A stretch of DNA of 63,378 bases, filler included, from Bigelowiella natans CCMP2755 (lineage: Eukaryota; Protista; Cercozoa): the NCBI GenBank assembly GCA_000320545.1. It is 4 parts of 4 records of this genome, joined end to end, with 100 filler letters (N's around TTAATTAATTAA, not from the genome) between each part and the next. Parts side by side here need not be neighbours in the genome. Positions count along the whole stretch, not along the records: positions 1 to 28,826 come from ADNK01001601.1; 3 more parts are not named here. The stretch is one strand, 5' to 3'. This document shows positions 1-13,302 of this stretch, piece after piece (position 1 is the stretch's first letter; every line of letters begins with the position of its first letter). Made by a program: the position numbers and the translations under genes. The notes under the pieces were generated by a model, which worked only from the letters and a program-made list of their open reading frames with translations, made no database searches and was not told the origin of the DNA.

Positions 1-36
1 TCCTCCTCCCCTTCATCGACGATGGCCTGCCTTCAG

Positions 37-1907
37 GTTCGGTGTTTCTCTGGAGGAGCAAATGAAGGAATGTCTGAAAGCTCGAGGGCTTCTGTGGCAC
101 CGCTCTTTCCTTCGCAACATCCAGAAGTACTTCAAGAATGTCATCAGACAAAATGATGACGACGACGACTTCGTTATCGCCTCTGCTGGCAGTCCTAAAT
201 TTCGTCGCAAGGAATCCGAGTTTCTCTCATCGAAGTTGACTGGGGCAGAGCGGCAAAACCTAATGATGGAGATCCAGGAGGCTCAGACTGCATGCGAATC
301 CAAACGGGATTTAATCCTTAATAAGAGAATAGAGGAAGCGGGTTTGGGGAGAAAGCACCTGATGGCGCTGATGCTTGAGTACAAGAGCTTACTTGACTTT
401 AGGAAGAAATCGTTCAATGTGGGTGGACCCGGGCGCCAGATGTTCTTCAACGCGAACGTGGATTTTCAGGAGATCTCTACTGCAGTTTTCCACGTAAGTT
501 CTCCAAAACGTGTATTCTGAGATGGAAATGGTGATTGATGATGATGATGAGGAGGAGGAGGAGGAGGAGGAGGAGGAGGAGGAGGAAGAGAATGGTGGTG
601 AGATGGAAGTTTCTTGGGAATTCCTTTAGAAATTATCCGTTGGTAAAGTCGATGTTTTTCATATAGAGTTGACAGCCATTATCTTCCTGAATTATGCATC
701 TAAAAGTTTACTCCGTCGTCCAAATAATAACCAGGCCCTTCTGAAGAACAACGAGTTTGAGCACGCCTTTAGAATATTGTAAACAAGCTTGCCCGTCTAT
801 CATATCTTCGAAGACCAAAGAGGAAAAAGTCCTCCTGGTCCTCCAAAAGTGCCTGCAGCTGTGCGGTTTAGCTGCAGAAAATAAGCACACAATATCAACC
901 CTCGAAAATCGTTTGCTTGTGCAATTACAAGGACCTTTGGAGTTTCCAGCGCCGGAGATGAAATCGGCGTCGGATCGGCGTTCAGATCGCTCGAGAGCAT
1001 TCCAGCTGGCCACAGCAATGCTAAAAGTTTGGCACGGGCCTGGTCAACTTGCTTTCTTCCAGAAAGGAAAGGAACTTAGCAAAGCTCTTCAAACACACAG
1101 ACGGTTTCTCCTGGCGTGTGCTCTATTCGGCCATTTCGATGTGTTTAGAGGATATGCAGCTAAGATGGACATGCCGCTCTATAAAAATCCCAAACTTCGT
1201 GAGCCTGCAATGACTTTCGTCAGAAACATTCCCTCGATAGCTTTGCTCTTCTGGTTGCGGCATGATTTAGGGCAAGACGTGAGTGCCAAGCAACAGGCCG
1301 AATGTATAAGGATTAACATCATAAAGACGCAGATGTCAAGGTACATAAGGAAAAATATTGGAGTCGAATATGGTGTCGCGATGAACATACTCGAGAATTA
1401 CCTTCAGCCCCTCATCACCCACAACGATTCCAATGCTTCCCCTCCTCCTCCTACTCTTCCCCTATCCTCATCTTCGTCGTTGTCGCAAAAGCTGCATCAT
1501 ATTGACAACACCAAATTACTTCGCGACTTTGGGGCCTTCCCAGCCCTTATGGATTTTGTGGTGTCATTTGGCTACCAGCATCGTCACAAATTTCTTCCTG
1601 ACGCGATAGCCCTTGCCTACCACATGAAATGCCAAAAAATCTTGCCACCACACTTCCCCGAAGGCACAATTATATTTCACTTGATACGTTACGGGATGGT
1701 CGATCCGAAGGAGATGCTCACACATTTTCAGGTAGGAAGGGAAGGGAGGGTGGGGGGCAGATTCAGCAGCGTGGTGACCACTGAATACTCGTAGAATTTA
1801 TTTGTGAGCCTTCATTTGGGTCCGAAGTCAAACGGAAGATAGCCGGCTGGGCGAACACTGCGACACTATGCGAGGAGTGGCAAAAACACTTGCAGTCTAG
1901 TGCGCTA

Positions 1908-1944
<37 letters not shown>

Positions 1945-2413
1945 ACTGCAATCTTGAGGACGATTGTGAGAGCGTTAATTGTTTCTTGGAGAGGGGTGGG
2001 GGGGGGGGAATCGGATCAGTAGCAGCACCGATTATTTATTGCAATATTCTTACCGGCGTTGCTGTGTTTGCTTGCGTTGTCAGGTGTTAAATCAAAGAAT
2101 GAGAGAAAAGTATCAAGTCTGTATCGACATGGGGTACAGGCTCCGAATGAATGAAATTCACAAATTAGGATACAAAAATGGCAACCTTCCAGATGGTATC
2201 GAAGTGAAGTCGAAGTATTTCGGTATTAAATTATATAACACTGATGCGAAGACGTACAAAGATGCTGCAGGTGTTCTGCAAGAATATGAGAACAGCACAG
2301 GTAAGGTAGAGTCATCCGCGGCTAGCGTTTCGACAGGTTTTTAAACTGAGAGCGCTTCGAATACTTCAAATCAAGAGAAAGGGGAGGTGGAAAGAATACA
2401 AATGGAAGAATAG
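37..2413 (+). CDS. multi-exon gene, unknown product (5' end outside the window; boundaries approximate)
   Basis: Open exons 62-493 (GT donor at 494), 757-1730 (donor CAG|GTAGG near 1731) and about 2084-2301 (acceptor TCAG|GTGTTA), separated by (GGA)n and (CTG)n-containing introns. No recognisable domain. Confidence 0.6.
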
Positions 2414-3040
2414 TTGCAAAACCTTCTCTTCCATTAGATGCTGCATGCTAGCCGGACAAACCATCTATTCATAATGGTTACTTTCAGTCGTAAAACGCGT
2501 TTTTTTGGGGCATCGACATAGAGTCGCACAGGAATGCACACATGTGCTCATGTACACATCCCGACCATGTGCGTTTTGTTAGCTATGAATGTCTAGTGTC
2601 TGCAGCACAGGCACTCTATTAATTGTGCCATGACACATCACATCTGTCTGCTACGTCTGCTGGAATGGTCTCTAGCAGCTGCTCGCGCGCTAACTCCACA
2701 TGGTCGGCCAGTGAAATCTTTCGCTGCCACGGGCCTGACACAGAATGCTGCACGTCGTCTAGAAGTGTGAGATGGACAGATGTGATGAAGTGATTAAATC
2801 TTTTAGACTTGTGTCGTGCCTCTTTGTGCTCTTCTTATCTAGACTTAGCCTGAGTGTTGAGCAGGTGAAATGCGAATGCTAGACACACAGCTCGCAGCGC
2901 AGGCGTCGCGCCACACGTGCGTGGTGATTCCCGCCTTGCTAGCTTGCTTCATCAGTTTGTAAAAGTTTTCAGCAAGCTAGGCTGATGGCTGACTTGAGCC
3001 TTGCCATCATCTGAGAGTTGTGATGCCTCTAGTTGCTGCT

Positions 3041-3073
<33 letters not shown>

Positions 3074-4397
3074 TGCTGCTGCTGCTATCATTGCTCCCAA
3101 AGTTCAATGGGCCTGCTGCATGATGACCATCTGAACTCTCCTTTCTAGCTTTGTCACCGGCCGACACTGTCTCAGCCATCCATCATCATTAATTCCAGGT
3201 GCACAGGAGTCGATGTTCTTTCTTCGGAGGTGAGGTGCAGCTGCTGCCTCCGGCCACACCAGCACGCTTAACCTTTCCCTCAAGCATCACGATTGTCAGC
3301 CGGTGAAGGGTTCGTCCACACTTTCCGGTCCTGTTCCACGTGCGTGAGTACATGAACGTGAATGAACGAAACATTGAAAAGTTGATGACACAATTTGATG
3401 CTCAACAACCCGATTTAGCGATGTGCAGACAACACACGCTGCGCGCTGCCAACGCGAAGACGCGCCTGTCAACACACGTGCAGAGCGGAAAGGAACCCAG
3501 AACGATGAATGCATGTGACATCGAAACACGTGTTTTCAACCTTGAAAGCATCGGACGCCGGATGATCTAGTGATCGATGCCTGGGGATGTAGCCCAGGCT
3601 AGCAGGAAACGATCTGGAAATTCAGGAAATTCCAATGTCCAGTGGAAATGGCTGAGACTAGACTGAGGTTGCATGCAGGGAGAAAACACCTGCCTCAGCA
3701 AAATGGAGGTTCGCATTCTGCCCTTACTTTGGTGCGACACTTTGCGAGTTGAGAAAAACTCGAGTGATCATCTCGAGTTGCCCCTGCGCTGCATGTGGTG
3801 CTCAGCTGCCAATTGAAAAACTCGAGTGACTCTCTGTGCATGTTCAGAGCACAGCATCACCAAAACATGGCACAATGTGGATTCTGCGACTGTTCAGCAT
3901 TGCCCACGCTAGCACGCTGACACTGACTCAGGATGCACGCTGAACGCGCGTGCGTGGTGCCCGCATGCAATGAACATTGAACAGCTGCATCATGCAGTTC
4001 TCATCTGGTGCGATGCGTGATGGCCAGAGCCTGTCATCCAGGCTCGTTGTACAGAGTTGAAATTCTGAATGCATGCATTACAGGGACCACATAGTCCCTG
4101 TACGTGCATGCCATCTGCGACATGGACATCACCTACTTCACATGTGCTGCAACCACATGTGTGCCACACATTTTGGCACATGTGTCGTGGCTTGTTTGGT
4201 GCATGCTAGCAATGACAGCATGTGTGGATGTGAACAGAGCATGCGTGCTTTCCAAGTGCATGTGGTGTGCATGGGTACATGTGTTCCTTACGCGTACACG
4301 TGTGGGGACTACGCAGTCCCTATAGCATCGCATGTGCGCCGCTTTGCGAAACAGGACAGCGCAGCTGTGCTGCAACATATAATTTGTGAGACATGCA

Positions 4398-4428
<31 letters not shown>

Positions 4429-4537
4429 ACATGCATGTGCACGACGCAACATGTTGTGTCCATGGTTAGCATTTTGGTAATGAACGTGCTGAGACACGTG
4501 CCTTTTTTTAGCAAACACTCTTCAAAAACCAGAGATT

Positions 4538-5421
4538 TCATTGTTCATCGAGGACAACTAGAGGCCGGCCTTTTCGTCTCCTCTTTGAGGCTCGGGGACG
4601 AATTTCACGAGTGCTGTACAAATCGAGAGAAGAGGTGGCGGTGGTGGAGATAGGGGGATGGATCTGTTGTTGTTGCTGGGCATAATCGGCAACAATGTCT
4701 GCAATGCGGAGTGCATCGGGTAGGGGAATCTTCACAAAAACTTTTGTCGTCAGCACAGCCTGCACTCTCTTCGAGAGTCGCCTGTTAGGCATGCATGGCA
4801 CAGAAGTTATTCAACGCATGGAGTGTGCATTCAGAATCTAAAGAGAAAAACGGATGAAAACTCACTTTTGAAACTGGAAACGCCACTTCGTCATCAGCTG
4901 TTGTTGTATTATTTTCCATGCATCAGACAAGCAACTCGGTTCAACACATCTTTGAAAAATTTCCAAAGCTGTAGAATAGTTATATCCCATTTCTCCATTT
5001 TTTTAAAATAAGAAACCTCAGTGACTTTAGCTGCCTCGACTCCGAATGAGGATGCGAGCTTGAATGGGGAGTCACCGTAGGCATTGCGCAAGTCAGGATC
5101 TCCTTCCAATGTTATCAGTGAAAATTTTCATCACTATAATCAAATTTTAATTGATTCCGAAATCTATTGGCATTGTAGCGGAAATCGCTCAATTTTAAAA
5201 TAACGTCAAGATTTCCATCATATCAGTCTTAGTGTAGTGTGCTAAATCGATTGGTTACGGCCCTGATCGTTCAGGTAGTCACTCTCTATTCGACGTGAAT
5301 AACTACCTCTCTTCTCCAATAGAAGCAAAACCATTTTTGAGAAAAGAGACTGCACGGCAATGTGCATTGGTGTGTAACCGTCGGATGTTATAGAGTTCGC
5401 ATTCGCTTCTACAAGACAACG

Positions 5422-5457
<36 letters not shown>

Positions 5458-5950
5458 GAACATCAACATCTGCATTCTTTACACCATCGTTCCATAATTA
5501 AAGCTTATGTCCAACAACTTTGTTCAAGGAGCCTCTTCGCTAGGTCGATGCCACGAGATTGGAGGCTTTTGGGTCGTTTGATGTCGGCGATAAGATGCAG
5601 AAGTGAACCTCCAGCTGACACCATTCGATGCTCCTTCGTGCTTTCAAAATCTGGAGGGAGGCCATTTTCGAGCAAGTATTCAGCGCAGGCAACCTAGTGT
5701 CAGATATCAGGTTGATTTTTGGCCCACATATAAATGTGTTGCCTGGATAGTGCGTTTTGTGAGTGGTAGGTACTCTGGCCTCCGGTGAGCAGCGGGAGCG
5801 ATCTATCCGACCTCTCTCCCAGTCGTTTGGTTTCGGCAGTACCCATCGATGATTATTCAATACAGCATTTGCAGTTTCCTGAACGGTCAATCCCCAAGCA
5901 GCTTTGCAGTCCTCTAACTCCTAAAAATCGGATCGAGCAACGTCGTAACA
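4538..5950 (-). CDS. ankyrin-repeat protein (multi-exon, boundaries approximate)
   Basis: Exonic peptides with ankyrin motifs: 'NANSITSDGYTPMHIAVQSLFSKMVLLLLEK', 'GDPDLRNAYGDSPFKLA', 'GGSLLHLIA', 'ACAEYLLENG'. Confidence 0.7.
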
Positions 5951-7149
5951 CAATTTGACTTCTGCTTTCTTGGGCACGGCAATGAAAACCAGCTTACATT
6001 CAGGATCCGAGTCTTGCCAAGCCGCACCTCCCTACTGAGTAGAACAGCTAAGGGGCAATAAGGAGGGGAGGCCGCGGCGGTTTGCCGGGCAGGAGGATCC
6101 ATCCCTATCCCCCTCCTACACACACAGTGGCACAAAATGTACACATGGTTGGTTCTGCTGGGCAATTTTACATCGCGACTTTGACCTCCTTCCCTTTACC
6201 AGCAAAGTTTTGCCTCAGGGCAATAGGTGCTCCTGGCTCAGGCCATTCCACCACAGAACCGCCCAAAAATCGTCAGGCAAATTTCCAACAAATAGCTTCA
6301 CGTACCCTCACCGTGTTTCTCGCCACGCAGAAGGAAGAAGGTACCCCCCCTTATCGAAATAAGATCGGCTGGAATCTGGCGAAAACGCCTAGGTTGAGAC
6401 CGATAGAATCGCTGAAAAACGAAGGAGTTACTACCTCAAATGGCGCAGGAAATTTCAAGGCGGATTTCTTACTTACCCCTCCGTGGACCGACGTGTGAAC
6501 CAGAATCACGTGCGAATTCAAAGGAGAATTCGTTAAAGCGACATCGTGTTAGAGAAGTCTCAGGGCCAAACCAATGTACCATTTCCTCAGCGACGAATTA
6601 AGTAAGAAAATCGTGTTTGTAAGGGATTATTTACCTACGTCATTACAGGAAAGCTTACGTTTTTGAAAACAGTGCGGCGTTCACCATCACGCGGTGTCAG
6701 TGCATAGAAAACATTTTCAGATCAGAATTGTCTGCATTTCCTCGTAAATGATCTCGAAATATAAATTAAAATTGGAAAATTTATTGTCGCAATTACAAAA
6801 TATGTTTATATTCGTACGTATTTGGAAACATTTTGCTGCCTGCAAATCGGTTTACACATAGCGTCCTCACTTTCTGGCCCCCTCCCATTACTCTTATCCA
6901 AGACACCTAATCTATAGGGAGTCAAAGGTTAGGTATATGACACAAAACACTTGGAATAGAATGTTGGTAGGGTTTGACTAATTTTTAGTTGCTTTTCGAA
7001 ACCACTTTTATCGAAATCTTTTTTTTTTATAAACATTTATTGCTTCCCAGGTACCTTAACACCTCAAATCAAAGAAAAGCGCGATGCTGCGCACATTTGA
7101 GAAAGGAGTGGGTTTCCCCATTCGTGCAGTAGTACGTTACTACGCCACA

Positions 7150-9865
7150 ATGTTCTCGGCGTCCGGTATGCTTTCCAATTCGAACGCTAAGGAATACAAC
7201 GTTTATACGTCCAACAGCTTCATTGCCATCTGTGGAATTGCTTGGTAGTAGTAGTAGTAGTAGTAGTAAGTAGTTAGTGGTTGTAGTTTACTGGTGCACA
7301 TATGGAACGGAGTACTAGGATATTCTACTTAGAGAGGGGAGGGGATCTTAAAGTAATCTCATCGTTACTCTCCCCTGAAGCAATGATATTTATCAGCGTC
7401 GGCACGGCTATCGCAATGACAGTGACAGCAAGATTCTTCCTTCCGTCCTACATGAGCGTAGCCTATGGAGCTTGCATCCTACTTGTGGTAATTTTTTATT
7501 TTTAAATCCTCTTCACTATCCCTCCAATTGTAGTAGTGCTTCACTTTGAAAGCTTACCTGAGTACATTCCTATCATTAGCCATTGGCATACCGGGCTCTT
7601 GGAAGCATGTGGATTCGCTTCTGTAACTTGATGATTTCCTCCCGCTGTTCCGTGTCTGCCCCCTCGAAGACCCTCTCACAAAACGGAAGCCGCGTTTCCC
7701 CGAGGGCGAGCGAAAAGTTCTGGGGATGGTTTATCATCATGCAGGTGATGCTCGTAGTCGCCTTCTGGTCCGCAACCCTCATCAACGCCAATGGCTTCAA
7801 TTCGGAGGCTTTATCTCTGCTCCTGAGCTTTGGCTGTTTCAATGCCCTTTGTGTTGCGGTGATCGTTACCCATGGGATCGGTGGTCGTCTCAAGCACGCG
7901 GGCTACAAATTTTACCAGCCCTTCGAGGGTGGGATCGTGTTCTGTGTACTGCAGGCAATCAGCTGGGCGCTCTTTTCCCTGTCCCTCTTCTTCCTTCTCA
8001 TGCATATCCTCGTGACATCCGCAAATCTGTTGCAGTTTTGTGGTCACTGCATCCTCAAGGCGCAACTGGGGCAGTCGTCAATTCTGTTCGGTGCTAGCTC
8101 TACCGGGGTGGTTTCCGAGATCCTGATGGTGCTCTCCCTGCTCGTGTTTCATGGGGACGAGATTCCAAAGAAGACTTTATCCAAAATTCGTAGAGCCTTC
8201 TCATCGCCTTCCCTGGCTTCACTCATCGAGGAAGATTCCCCTTCTTTCGCGAGGCACAGAGCAAAGAAAGGCTTCGCCACTCCTACTTTCGCGCGTCTCC
8301 ATCCTAATCATGAGGAGGCAGGCCTGCGGTGTCGTGGTAGCAACAGTGTGCACCGCAGCCCTTCTAGTCCAAGTATGTATATGCCTCCATTGCCCCCCAC
8401 AGTATCGTCGGCGTCATTAAAGAGGCGGTTCTCATTCAAAGGCTCTGACCAAAAAATGGTTGTGGGTGGTGCTGCGCCACATTGGGAAGTGATCAGGGAG
8501 GAGAAGCATCGGCAACGGCGCTGGTTGCCCTCTTCTCGCGGCCTCGACAATTGGGGTGACGAGGTTGCTTCTCCGATGGTCGATCTCATTGGGGGGGCAG
8601 CAACAGAAGAAGAAACTCGTCGTTCAGAGCTGGCACGCAAAGGGCGAATCAAGGGCCTGAGCAACTGGGAGGTGGAGCTTCCGGTGAATGTAACCAACGA
8701 TTCGGCTCTGCATATGGTTGCTGCCAAGCTTTCCATGGTCTCCTGGGAAGCACACTTACGCATTCTCGCATTCATTCCCATCAGCATTGCCCTAAGCTGC
8801 CGTATTGCTCAAGGCTCAAACAACTTTGTGCTCATGAGCGTGGGTTCGATCTTCGCGGTCATCCTGTTCTCTGTCCTATTCCTCGGTAGAATCGCGCTAC
8901 TTTCTTCGCGAAGCAGCCTCCTCAACCAGCACCGTGGCGGTCATCGCCATCGCCGTCATCATTACCCAAAAGGAAAAGCAGGCCATCGCCGTGGTCTGTG
9001 TGATTGGGACTTTCTCGAGGATCTCGATACCGATGACTTCGTTCCTGACGAAGAGGAAGAAGCCGAAATTCGCAGCGACGCACGACATTCGATTTCGCTC
9101 TGGGATTCAATGGATGCCGCCACTTCCCTTTCTGCTCCCCAAAATGATGATCGTGTAAGAACCGATCGTCATAACAGGCATGGTATTGCGATTTGGGGGG
9201 GCGATTTCGCTGACGTCAGTGATGATCATGAAAATGAGCAAGGAATTGACAGCAATAACGCCTCCTATCGTCGCAGTGACAACCGAAATAAGGGGTCTCT
9301 GGGAAACTGGGACTACTACGAGCACGTCTCGTCTTCCCTCTCGTCGCTGCCACCAAGGCATCGCCACTGCGAGAAGAAGAAGAAAAAGGCACAAAAGTTG
9401 CTGGGAAACTGGGACTTTCTCGATAATGTGCAGGAAGAGGAGGAGGGGGAACAGATTACCAGGGATTTCTGCAAGGATGCATCGTCAAAACGATCCCTTT
9501 CTCTCTGGGACTCGATGGCCACCGTTGAGGAGGTCACAGCCACAGCTGCAACCCAATCATCCTCGACCAAGAAACGGCGTCGCCGGCGCCGCGGGCTAGA
9601 CTCCTGGAAAGTCTTCGATGATGAAGAAGTGGAAGAGGAGACGGAGGCATACACATTTGGCCTTAACCTTTTGATCTCTTCACCTTCTGCTACTCCAGTG
9701 AATGTTGGCACATCGAGGATGTTGTCGCTTTGGGACACAATGGAACCATTTCAGAGCGATTTGCTGCCGCCTCATGACCATAAACGGCAGAGAAAAATCT
9801 ACCGGAAAAGAAATCTCGGGTCCTGGGACTCATATGACAACGTAGATAGTCTCCTCAGTTTTTAA
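7150..9865 (+). CDS. multi-pass membrane protein with a long disordered C-terminal region carrying repeated Trp motifs
   Basis: 760-aa ORF 7583-9865 with several hydrophobic helices, including 'FYQPFEGGIVFCVLQAISW'. Upstream hydrophobic exons at about 7150-7245 and 7380-7487. Start uncertain. Confidence 0.75.
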
Positions 9866-11591
9866 AGCCGCGCATCAAAATTTTGTACAGTGATCTCAAA
9901 GCGATGACGATTTTCTGGATTATTTTACCTAAAATTCAAGTGAATAAATCGTTTTATTTGTGAATATTTTGCAATGGGCGCAACGTGCATTTGTGATCCA
10001 AGCTGCCCTGGGCGCTGAATCTTGCAAGCGTAGCTAGATTGCTCCATTTCTACTCATTCAGTCTCCTATGCACCCCCATCTACATGGAGCCTACTAGCCT
10101 AGGCTCACAGTGTCTAGATGTACATCAAGCGTTGCCGCCGCAGGCAGCGTGCTAGCTAGAACGCAGCGATCGACCATCAGCACGCACACACATCCGACCC
10201 TGGCATGCATGCTCTATATAACTATAGCCTTAAAGGCTATGTGGCGTACGCACGTGTGAACATATGTTGTTTAGTACATGTGTTCTTTCCAACCACATGT
10301 GTCTCAGGGAACATGTGTGCTTTAGACCCGGTACGCTCCACAGCCTCAAAGGCTGCACAATGCGCACATGCTGTGCGCTAGCTAGCTGTCATGGCGCAGT
10401 CATCCAATTGCAGCGGCAATCTGCTACGCTAGCACTTGAGCACGTGCTAGCGTGTGTCTAGGTGTGCCATTTCAGCATTCGAATCCAGCATGACGTCATC
10501 GTGGCAGCCACACGCACGCCAGCACGCCACACTTTGACCGCAACATGCTGACGTCGGAAGCTGGCCATCTAGCTAGCTAGCTCGCCAGTCCCAGAGTCCA
10601 GCAGTGGCACCATGCTGCATGCACCAGCCAGCTAGCTAGCCAGAGCATGCATGTAGCAGACCATGCCAGCATGATGGACACAGCAATGTGGTGTGCATGT
10701 CATGCACATGGCATGTGCATCATGTGCATGTCACATTGCATGTCAATCATGACTGGCAGATCTAGCTAGCTAGCTAGCTGGAGCAGCAGACACCTGCACC
10801 ATCTAGCCATGCCCCACAGCTAGACAGCTCACTTCCCATCTGCAATCAGCAGCAAAAACTGCGAAAATGTGCATCATGAAAATTTGCCATAATGACGACC
10901 TGCCGCTGAACTGAATTGCCAGAATGACATGGCAAAATCACAGGCACATCCCACGTGTTTTGTGAAAACAATCTTTGTTGAAAATGACACAGCAAAATCC
11001 ACAGCAGAGCATCACGCCATCCACATCTTGAATTCTAGCCACAGTGGTGTGCGCCTCACTCATCGCCAATGATCGTTTCAACCTTTCGGATTTCTCTTTC
11101 ATTTTCCAAGTGCTTCCTGTGACTTGCCCCAAAATCTTGCCGGATTGAGTTTTGCGACTACGAACCTCAAGTGCGTGTGCCAGGTTTTCTTCCACGCTTC
11201 CTGGTCAGATTTTGACACGTCTTTGCAAACGAAATTCACACGGAATGCATGACAATGCATCTCCAAAGTGTAGTAGTAAATCGTGACAACTTTCGCATCC
11301 ACAAGAACAATGAACAATGAACAATGATGACGAACTACATTTCCAAAATGCAAGAACCTCGTCTTCGTGTTTGACTTCGAAGTCGTCGTGAACATATTTC
11401 CTTCAGCCATCTGGGAGACTCTCCCTGCTGCAGCGAATCCCCACAGTGCGACAAGACGAAAGATTTCTTACGCGCTGGAACGGAGCACAAATTTGCAATC
11501 CGCACGACATTGTATTGTCGCACGAGATAAAACGCATTGTATTTGCACGATCCAACGCCTCTGAGGTCGTCCCACAAGCCACACAAGAGCG

Positions 11592-12106
11592 ATGGCAGCC
11601 ACCCAGTGCCACGTCTACACCCAAGCGAGCAGGTCCCGGCTCGCAGCGGCTATCATCGCGGGCCTTGCCGCTTTTGTTCTCCTATCAGTAGGTCTTAACA
11701 CAAACACTTCAGCGTCTCCTCTTGGAGCAGGAATGTGGAAAATGGGGGCGAGGTCAGCAACTACTGGGCTGGGAAATGGGGGGATGGTGGGAATGGCGCA
11801 ACTATCACGAGGAAATCAAGGTATGGAAAGTTTCATGCCAGGAAGGTTCGGCGTAGAAAGATCCTTGTTCTATCAAAGACCTAGCTGTAACCAACGAACG
11901 ATGCTCCGTCGATCGGCAGCCCCATCGGAAGGCCGTCCTGTGCAGGCGTCCGCACTTGTAGATGTTGACGATAGCAATTTCAAGGAAATCGTTGAGCGGG
12001 TAGAGTATTCTGTGTAAAATTCTCTTCCTAAATAATTCCAAAACATTAGGGGAAATGATCCTTCGATAGACAAACATTTCTCGCTACATATATGTACACT
12101 TATCCT

Positions 12107-12138
<32 letters not shown>

Positions 12139-13302
12139 TCTCTTCCTACTCTCATTCCTATGGTATGCTACCATCACTACTTTAGTCTGCGATTCCTGTT
12201 TTGGTGGATTTCTGGGCACCTTGGTGTGGGCCTTGCAGACTGATCGAACCTCTCATAGAGGAGATCAGTAATGAGTATGATGGGCGCATGCTGACAGTGA
12301 AAGTAAGGCAACCTCGATATCCCCCATCCATTCTCTATTCTCTGCGGCTGCGTGTGTGGAGAGAGTTTATAAATAAGAGAAAAGAAGATAACAAAAATGT
12401 TCTTGGTGGTACTGAAGGTGAATACGGACGAATCTCCTGAGACAGCTACTAAATTGGTATGACACAACAAACCTCGCATTCTTCCTGCCTCTACATTCGT
12501 GACATTCATGCGTCAACTACCCGATAGCAAAAAGCGCGACACACTGGTCAAATCCAGAGTGTCTTTTTGATCGACCAATACGCGGCAATTTTCCCACACA
12601 GCGGGAAGCAATTTAGTGTCAACGTGATGTTGATTCCTGCATAGCCCTCATGAAGGGGTTTGCAAGTTCCTACCTATATTCCTATATTTTGCGGCAATTA
12701 CCGCACACTTCATGTAAAGAAAGAGGGTGTGCCGAATTTGATAGGTTTCTCTTCTGATCCTTCACAACTTTGTTCTTCCCCCTCCCCCTCCTCCTCCTCC
12801 TCCTCCTCCTCCTCCTCCTCCTACCTTACAACAGGGCATCCGAAGCATTCCGTCGTTGATGATATTCAAGGATGGTGCAAGAAAGGTGTTATTTATCTAC
12901 CCCCTGCCCTACTTTGAGATGGATAGTGAGGTGCAGCACATTTCTGCTGTCTTGTCCCTACATCCGCTCGCCCGGAAGGGAGAGTGGGCGACATCATCAT
13001 CATAATCGAAGTTTGTTCTTCAAAAAAACTTGTTGAATTTGAATGGGGTGAGCTTTTGGCGGATTTTTCGAAGAAGGAATACTTCGAAGATCACACGGGA
13101 TTTCTCTGTTATATTGTAGAGAGCACCCCCCCCTCGCACTTGTAACACAACTCGATCGTACGCGTCTTGTGGCTGCTACCTCTGATTCATCGTTCGCCAC
13201 CATTTAGTCGCAGTTGACAGGATTTGTTGTGATTGATAGGAAACCATCGTAGGGGCCGTCCCCAAGAACACAATTACGAGTGCTTTAGATAAGCTTCTCT
13301 GA
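11592..13302 (+). CDS. plastid-type thioredoxin (Trx-m-like) with bipartite targeting leader
   Basis: Spliced peptide: '...[13 protein letters not shown]|..[36 protein letters not shown]|[12 protein letters not shown]|[17 protein letters not shown]|[20 protein letters not shown]'. WCGPC active site. N-terminal hydrophobic segment followed by a Ser/Arg/Gly-rich transit-like region. Confidence 0.9.

Noticed and set aside
7880-7990. Calling the membrane protein a DGAT2-type acyltransferase from its 'YQPFEGG...LQAISW' segment
   Set aside because: No acyltransferase catalytic motif (HPHG) is present in the ORF.
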